Assembly (NCBI GenBank): GCA_018396995.1
Contig: JAGTQB010000001.1
Coordinates: 67,584 to 131,583, forward strand
Reading direction: 5' to 3'
Source: Candidatus Bathyarchaeota archaeon
GTDB lineage: Archaea; Thermoproteota; Bathyarchaeia; Bathyarchaeales; DTEX01
DNA length: 64,000 bases
Part shown: in pieces, positions 59,123 through 64,000 of the stretch
Layout of the letters: every line of letters starts with the position of its first letter
How positions within the stretch are numbered: the first letter of the stretch is position 1
The notes under the pieces: model-generated
Databases searched by the model: none
What the model saw: only the letters and a program-made list of their open reading frames with translations
Told to the model about the DNA's origin: nothing
Program-made: the position numbers and the translations under genes

Positions 59123-59725
59123 CTAGAATATTATTGACTCCTCTTTAATTCCATTTTTGGTTATTATTAGCAAGTCTATACCATCCCCGCTCATAGCATC
59201 GCGACTTATAGCGGACTTTATAGCCTTTATAGCTAAATTCTTCGCATCTTCAACAGTGATTCCTTCTTTATATTCGCCTTCCAAAACACCTATCGCTATC
59301 TCGGCCCCAGAGCCAACAGCGGCATATTTATCTGGAATTGTCGACCCTAAAAGGTCAAGCACATAAAGTGATGGGCCCTCATCATCAACCCCACCTATTA
59401 TTGTCTCTGTTATATATGGAATCAGCCTACTACTGAAGAGCAAGTTAGACATAACTTTCGCAGCAGCTTTAACACTTATTGGGCGCCCAGTTTCAAGCTT
59501 AAAGAGACTTGCGTAAACCCCAACTTCGCGCACAAGGATCTGCATATCAGAGACTAAACCAGCGCAAGCCGCACCTATATGATCAGATATTTTGAATACC
59601 TTTTTTGCGGAGCGACTTAGAACAAGGTTTCCATACGAGACCCTCTTCTCTGAAGCTAAGACCACACCGTCAGAGCATACTATTCCAACCGTTGTTGCTC
59701 CTGGAATCGTTAAATACTGGGCCAA
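59123..59725 (-). CDS. psmB: Proteasome beta subunit, Ala1 (probably non-catalytic) type
   Basis: G-ATTVGI...VVLASEKR, KKVFKI, GSG and RDAMSGDG motifs. Confidence 0.92.
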   Translation of the reverse strand: MAQYLTIPGATTVGIVCSDGVVLASEKRVSYGNLVLSRSAKKVFKISDHIGAACAGLVSDMQILVREVGVYASLFKLETGRPISVKAAAKVMSNLLFSSRLIPYITETIIGGVDDEGPSLYVLDLLGSTIPDKYAAVGSGAEIAIGVLEGEYKEGITVEDAKNLAIKAIKSAISRDAMSGDGIDLLIITKNGIKEESIIF

Positions 59726-59800
59726 AGCAACACCCTCTCTAACCCAAAATAGAGTTTCAGAGACTAATATATTTTGTTGAGATCACATCCTATCCCTCAC

Positions 59801-60151
59801 TTAATAAAGAATCTCCTCACTCAATCTAACTCGATGATTAACCACTGGTACTCCCTCTTCCATTAATAGTCTCCTCCGCTCCTCAACTTCCGTAGTAGTC
59901 TCTCCAACTATATGTCCGTCAGACCTAACAACTCTATGACATGGGATTATCAGTGGAAGCGGGTTCTTATGTAAAGCATTTCCGACAGCTCTAAATGCTC
60001 TGGGCCGTCCAATCTTTTCAGCTATACGCTTATAAGTAGAGACTTTACCCCTAGGTATCTCGGAGACTGCTAATAAAACAGCTCTCTCAAACTCTGTCAT
60101 ATGAGACAAGTATTTAACTAAGTCCTCCTTTCGAACATCAACTCGGCGCAT
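59801..60151 (-). CDS. O6-alkylguanine-DNA alkyltransferase (MGMT/Ogt) C-terminal domain protein
   Basis: IPRGKVSTY, RAVGNAL and IPCHRVV active-site motif. Confidence 0.9.
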   Translation of the reverse strand: MRRVDVRKEDLVKYLSHMTEFERAVLLAVSEIPRGKVSTYKRIAEKIGRPRAFRAVGNALHKNPLPLIIPCHRVVRSDGHIVGETTTEVEERRRLLMEEGVPVVNHRVRLSEEILY

Positions 60152-60236
60152 TTAAATCACAACACCTTTAAAAATTTAAACTTGCACAATAAGTTACATT
60201 ACAAAGCAGATAGTTAACGATGTAGGAGAGACTCAT

Positions 60237-60797
60237 ATGGAGAGGAGTGAGAACGAAGGTAACGTAAAGTTTTTGAGAGCGCTTTACGTTGGGCGCTTCC
60301 AGCCATTTCATTTAGGCCACCTTGAAGCTATTAAATATATTCTCAGCAAAGCTAACGAAATAATAATTGTTGTTGGAAGCTCGCAGGAGAGCCACACCCT
60401 CGAAAATCCTTTCACAGCAGGCGAGAGGATCTACATGATTAAGCTCGCATTAAATGAGGTGGGCATCGACCCCAGCAAATATTATATAATCCCCGTTGCA
60501 GATCTCGACATCCACAGCTTATGGGTTTCACATGTGTGCTCGCAAGTTCCTAAGTTTGATGTAGTATACTCTAATGAGCCATTAACTAGGCGCCTATTTA
60601 TTGAGAGTGGCTTTAGAGTTGAGTCGATACCATTCTATAAGAGGGATATCTGCTCAGCGACAGAGATTAGGCGCAGAATGCTCTTAGACCAAAACTGGGA
60701 AGAACTTCTTCCAAAGAGCGTAGCATCATTCATTAAAGAAATAAAGGGCGTTGAAAGACTAAAGGATCTGACGAAATCTGACAAAATTTTCTCTTAA
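60237..60797 (+). CDS. nadM: Nicotinamide-nucleotide adenylyltransferase
   Basis: GRFQPFHLGH, NPFTAGER and SATEIRRRM motifs. Confidence 0.93.
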   Translation: MERSENEGNVKFLRALYVGRFQPFHLGHLEAIKYILSKANEIIIVVGSSQESHTLENPFTAGERIYMIKLALNEVGIDPSKYYIIPVADLDIHSLWVSHVCSQVPKFDVVYSNEPLTRRLFIESGFRVESIPFYKRDICSATEIRRRMLLDQNWEELLPKSVASFIKEIKGVERLKDLTKSDKIFS

Positions 60798-60800
60798 AAA

Positions 60801-61595
60801 TTAATGTTCAGAGAATGAAAGTGAAAGCTTACGCGCTTTTTCCACAGCTGCTTTGATGGCCTTCATAAAAGCATGCCTTATTGGGAAGCTTTCCATCTCA
60901 AATAGTCCCTCTATTGTAACCCCACCTGGAGTTGCAACCATGGCACATATCTCTGAGGGTGTCTTCTTTCCCTGAAGAATTAGTTTCCCAGTACCAATCA
61001 TCGCCTGAGCTACTATCGTTAATGCTAAATCCCTTTCAACGCCAATCTCTAAACCAGCATACATCATTGCTTCAGCTATAAGCGACATATATGCGGGTGC
61101 ACCACCATTAAAAGCTGTCATAACATCCATCTGCGCCTCATCAACCATACAAGTTTTTCCGAGGGTGTTGAGCACCTCCAAGGCAATCTCAAGCTCCTTT
61201 TGGGTTACATTTAAGTCGGGTGTGTAGGCTATAAAGGCTTCACGGACAAGTACAGCTAGGTTTGGCATAGTTCTAATTATCTTTGCTTCAGGCGCCAGCT
61301 TTTTAAGGAAATCTATTGATACGGCAGCCGCCATGGAGATTAAAATTTTACCTTTAATCTCCTCACTAACCTCCTTTATTGCACTTTCAACATCTTTTGG
61401 TTTAACGCAAAGTATCACGATGTCAGCTTCCTTTACGGCTGCCCTATTATTATTTGTAACGTTTAAGCCTAGTTTCCTAAGTTCACCTATGCGCTCTTCC
61501 TTCTTTTCGGCGACTACAACTTCATAGCCACCAGAAACTAGACTTCCCGCAACAGCTTCGCCGAGAACCCCGCCGCCTAAAACAGCAATTATCAT
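60801..61595 (-). CDS. proC: Pyrroline-5-carboxylate reductase
   Basis: GGGVLG, CVKP, RTMPN and TPGGVTIEGL motifs. Confidence 0.9.
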   Translation of the reverse strand: MIIAVLGGGVLGEAVAGSLVSGGYEVVVAEKKEERIGELRKLGLNVTNNNRAAVKEADIVILCVKPKDVESAIKEVSEEIKGKILISMAAAVSIDFLKKLAPEAKIIRTMPNLAVLVREAFIAYTPDLNVTQKELEIALEVLNTLGKTCMVDEAQMDVMTAFNGGAPAYMSLIAEAMMYAGLEIGVERDLALTIVAQAMIGTGKLILQGKKTPSEICAMVATPGGVTIEGLFEMESFPIRHAFMKAIKAAVEKARKLSLSFSEH

Positions 61596-61735
61596 CCTTA
61601 TCGCCTCAATACCTAAAAGTATTACTTTATTGTGATTTAGATATAAATATTTTTGGAGAAACGAATAATGGTCATACTTGTTGCAAAAGTTAATTCTTTA
61701 GAGCTTCTATACTTTATGATGGAGAGTGCGGGAAT

Positions 61736-64000
61736 TTGCCCCTTACTCGTTTCTGGATACTAGACATAAACTATGAAGTGAAGAATCACCAGCCTGAGAT
61801 TTGGCTTTGGGGTATAGATAGTGAAGGAAGAAGAGTTCTAATTATAGACAAGAGCTTCACAACATATTTTTACGTCCTTCCCGAGGAGGGGGAGGATGCC
61901 GAAAAGCTTGCCGATAGGATAAGAAAAGTATGCGCTAACCTGCCATACATAACTGGCGTAGAAGTTGTAGACCGAAAATATTTTGGAAAGCCAGTAAAAG
62001 CGATTAAAATTTACTGTCAGGATCCTGACATCATGCCAGAGTATATTAAGGTCATCTCAAAGGTTAAGGGAATCAGCAGCTTTCTCGAAGACGATATTAG
62101 GTATTCTATGCGCTACATGATTGATAATAACATTGTTCCATGTGGATGGCATGAAGTAGAGGTTGAGGAATGCCCTAACGTGTTAAATGTTCAAGTTGAC
62201 AAAGTGTTAATCGCGAAGTCTACGCCAAGATATCTGTCAGAAATGATCGACATCCCAAAATTGAGGATTCTAGGCTTCTCAATGATATGCTATAGCCCGA
62301 AGGGTTCGCCAAAACCTGAGAAGAACCCTATTGTAATCATCTCAGCCATAACTAATACTGGCGAAGAGAAACAATTTATTGCAGAAAAGACTGAAGATGA
62401 TAGAAAAATAATTAACGATTTTATGAATTTTATAAGGAATTTTGACCCAGATATAATAGTTGGCTTTGAAACAAATAGAAGGGATATACCGTATTTAGTG
62501 GCGAGGGCAAAGGCGAACGGGTTATCTCTAGTAATTGATAGAGCTGGCGCCGAGCCGCATACAAGCACTTATGGCCATGTCTCCATAACTGGTAGGGCTA
62601 ACGTAGACCTATTTGATTATGCGGACGAGTTCCCCGAGGTTAAAGTCAAGACTCTAGAAAACATAGCTGATTACTTGGGGGTCATGAAAATCGAGGAAAG
62701 AGTGTTAATAGAGGATTTTGAGTATGCTCAATATTGGGATGATCCTTCAAAGAGACCAGAGCTACTAAAATTTCTCATGGATAATACAAGGTGCATAATG
62801 GGTATAACTGAGGCAATACTAGACTTCGCAATTCAGCTTTCAAGCCTAGTTGGCCTGCCGCTAGACCATGTCGGCACAGCTGCGGTCGGCTTTAGGGTCG
62901 AATGGTTCCTAATACGTCATGCCTATCACATGGGTGAATTAGTGCCAAAGAAGATTGAGAGAGCGTACACGCCATATGCTGGCGCCCTCGTCTTGGAACC
63001 CAATCCCGGGATTCATGAAAATATAGCAGTTTTAGACTTTAAATCCATGTACCCAAATATAATGATATCTTATAACGTCTCACCAGACACATATATCCCA
63101 CCAGGAGAACCGGAGATAGATGCCTTTATAGCGCCGGAAGTAAACCATAGATTTAGAAAAGAGCCGCCGGGATTCTACCGTGAGGTTCTCGCAAAACTTA
63201 TTAAAGCAAGAGATCATGTAAGGGAGGAGCTTAAGAGGGTTGATCGTGGAACCATTAAGTACAGGATCCTTGATGCCCGCCAAAAGGCAATTAAGGTTAT
63301 TACTAATGCAACATATGGTTATGCGGGGTGGATAGGCGCTAGATGGTACATTAAACCCGTTGCAGAAGCTGTTACGGCGTGGGGCAGACATATAATCATG
63401 AGCACCATTAAAGCCGCCAAAAATATTGGTTTAGAAGTCATCTATGGTGACACAGATAGCATTTTTGTGAGGAACGACCCAGAGAAAATTGAGAGACTAT
63501 CTAAGATTATTGAGGAGAAATTCGGTTTAGAAATAAAGCCGGATAAGGTATATACGCGCGTCCTCTTCACTGAGGCAAAGAAGCGTTATTGTGGCTTAAT
63601 GCCGGATGGAAAACTTGACATAGTTGGGCTGGAAGTTGTTAGGGGGGACTGGGCAAACGTGGCAAAACATATTCAGGAGAAGGTTCTGGAGATAATTCTG
63701 AAGGAGCAGACAGTTAGGAGAGCAGTGGATTATGTACGTAAATATATAATAAATTTGAGAGAGAAGAAAATTCCGTACCGCGACCTAATAATATGGAAGA
63801 CATTAACAAAGTCTCCTGAAGAGTATGAAGTGAAGGCACCGCATGTTGAAGCTGCAAAGTCTCTCCAGAAGGAAGGGTGGACATTAACCGTCGGCGATAA
63901 AGTTGGCTATGTTATAACGGTGGGCTCAGGTAAACTCCATGAGCGGGCTAAACCATACCTCTTAGCGTCTTATGACGAGATAGACATAGAATACTATGTA
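61736..64000 (+). CDS. polB: Family B DNA polymerase (PolB3-like), runs off the right edge
   Basis: Manual translation from TTG 61736: FWILDINYE..., VLDFKSMYPNIM, KVITNATYGY.G, YGDTDS, KKRY and VRGDW motifs. Not in the ORF track. Confidence 0.95.
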   Translation, partial: MPLTRFWILDINYEVKNHQPEIWLWGIDSEGRRVLIIDKSFTTYFYVLPEEGEDAEKLADRIRKVCANLPYITGVEVVDRKYFGKPVKAIKIYCQDPDIMPEYIKVISKVKGISSFLEDDIRYSMRYMIDNNIVPCGWHEVEVEECPNVLNVQVDKVLIAKSTPRYLSEMIDIPKLRILGFSMICYSPKGSPKPEKNPIVIISAITNTGEEKQFIAEKTEDDRKIINDFMNFIRNFDPDIIVGFETNRRDIPYLVARAKANGLSLVIDRAGAEPHTSTYGHVSITGRANVDLFDYADEFPEVKVKTLENIADYLGVMKIEERVLIEDFEYAQYWDDPSKRPELLKFLMDNTRCIMGITEAILDFAIQLSSLVGLPLDHVGTAAVGFRVEWFLIRHAYHMGELVPKKIERAYTPYAGALVLEPNPGIHENIAVLDFKSMYPNIMISYNVSPDTYIPPGEPEIDAFIAPEVNHRFRKEPPGFYREVLAKLIKARDHVREELKRVDRGTIKYRILDARQKAIKVITNATYGYAGWIGARWYIKPVAEAVTAWGRHIIMSTIKAAKNIGLEVIYGDTDSIFVRNDPEKIERLSKIIEEKFGLEIKPDKVYTRVLFTEAKKRYCGLMPDGKLDIVGLEVVRGDWANVAKHIQEKVLEIILKEQTVRRAVDYVRKYIINLREKKIPYRDLIIWKTLTKSPEEYEVKAPHVEAAKSLQKEGWTLTVGDKVGYVITVGSGKLHERAKPYLLASYDEIDIEYYV

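Noticed and set aside
872..63391. Numerous 60-165 aa ORFs antisense to or nested in identified genes
   Set aside because: Shadow ORFs without recognisable motifs or ribosome-binding context.
1..64000. CRISPR arrays, IS elements, integrases, provirus
   Set aside because: No regularly spaced direct repeats, transposase/integrase motifs or duplicated tRNA 3' end (att site) seen by eye.
61736..64000. Intein in PolB
   Set aside because: Spacing between motifs A, B and C is normal; no insertion is seen.

Overview
Gene-dense archaeal chromosomal window with no CRISPR array, transposase, integrase or provirus visible. Gene content and order (rpl3-rpl4-rpl23-rpl2, tfe/trm56/hflX/mbf1, NAC, Rpo6, PolB3, an Ala1-type proteasome beta subunit, HdrA/HdrD/Etf, a multi-intron tRNA) suggest a TACK archaeon, most plausibly Bathyarchaeia; this is inference. 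From left to right: ABC ATPase (partial); split class I fumarase and malic enzyme; an HdrD-MFS-polyferredoxin / HdrA / EtfAB redox cluster; a box C/D-like sRNA; radical SAM; HtpX-wHTH; trpA-trpB2; thiC-thiDN; glycerate kinase; a GH57/GT4/GalT alpha-glucan cluster; trm1; nadC; ribosomal proteins; H+-PPase; nadX; MoeA; tRNA-Trp; 5S rRNA; rpoK; pyrC; a transcription/translation cluster; HDAC; an MCM-like ATPase; peptidase; proteasome beta; nadM; proC; and PolB (partial). Highlights not shown by the ORF track: (1) a tRNA-Trp(CCA) with three BHB introns, one carrying C/D guides; (2) an apparent three-guide box C/D sRNA whose guides match the 16S head domain; (3) four conserved genes (hdrA, nadX, rpoK, hflX) with no ATG/GTG/TTG start, hflX being in frame with mbf1 across a single TAG; (4) a PolB with degenerate proofreading motifs but intact polymerase motifs; (5) a divergent MCM-like AAA+ protein; (6) an inferred ~9.4 kb inversion. 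All calls come from reading the sequence and from recalled family motifs; no database search was run.
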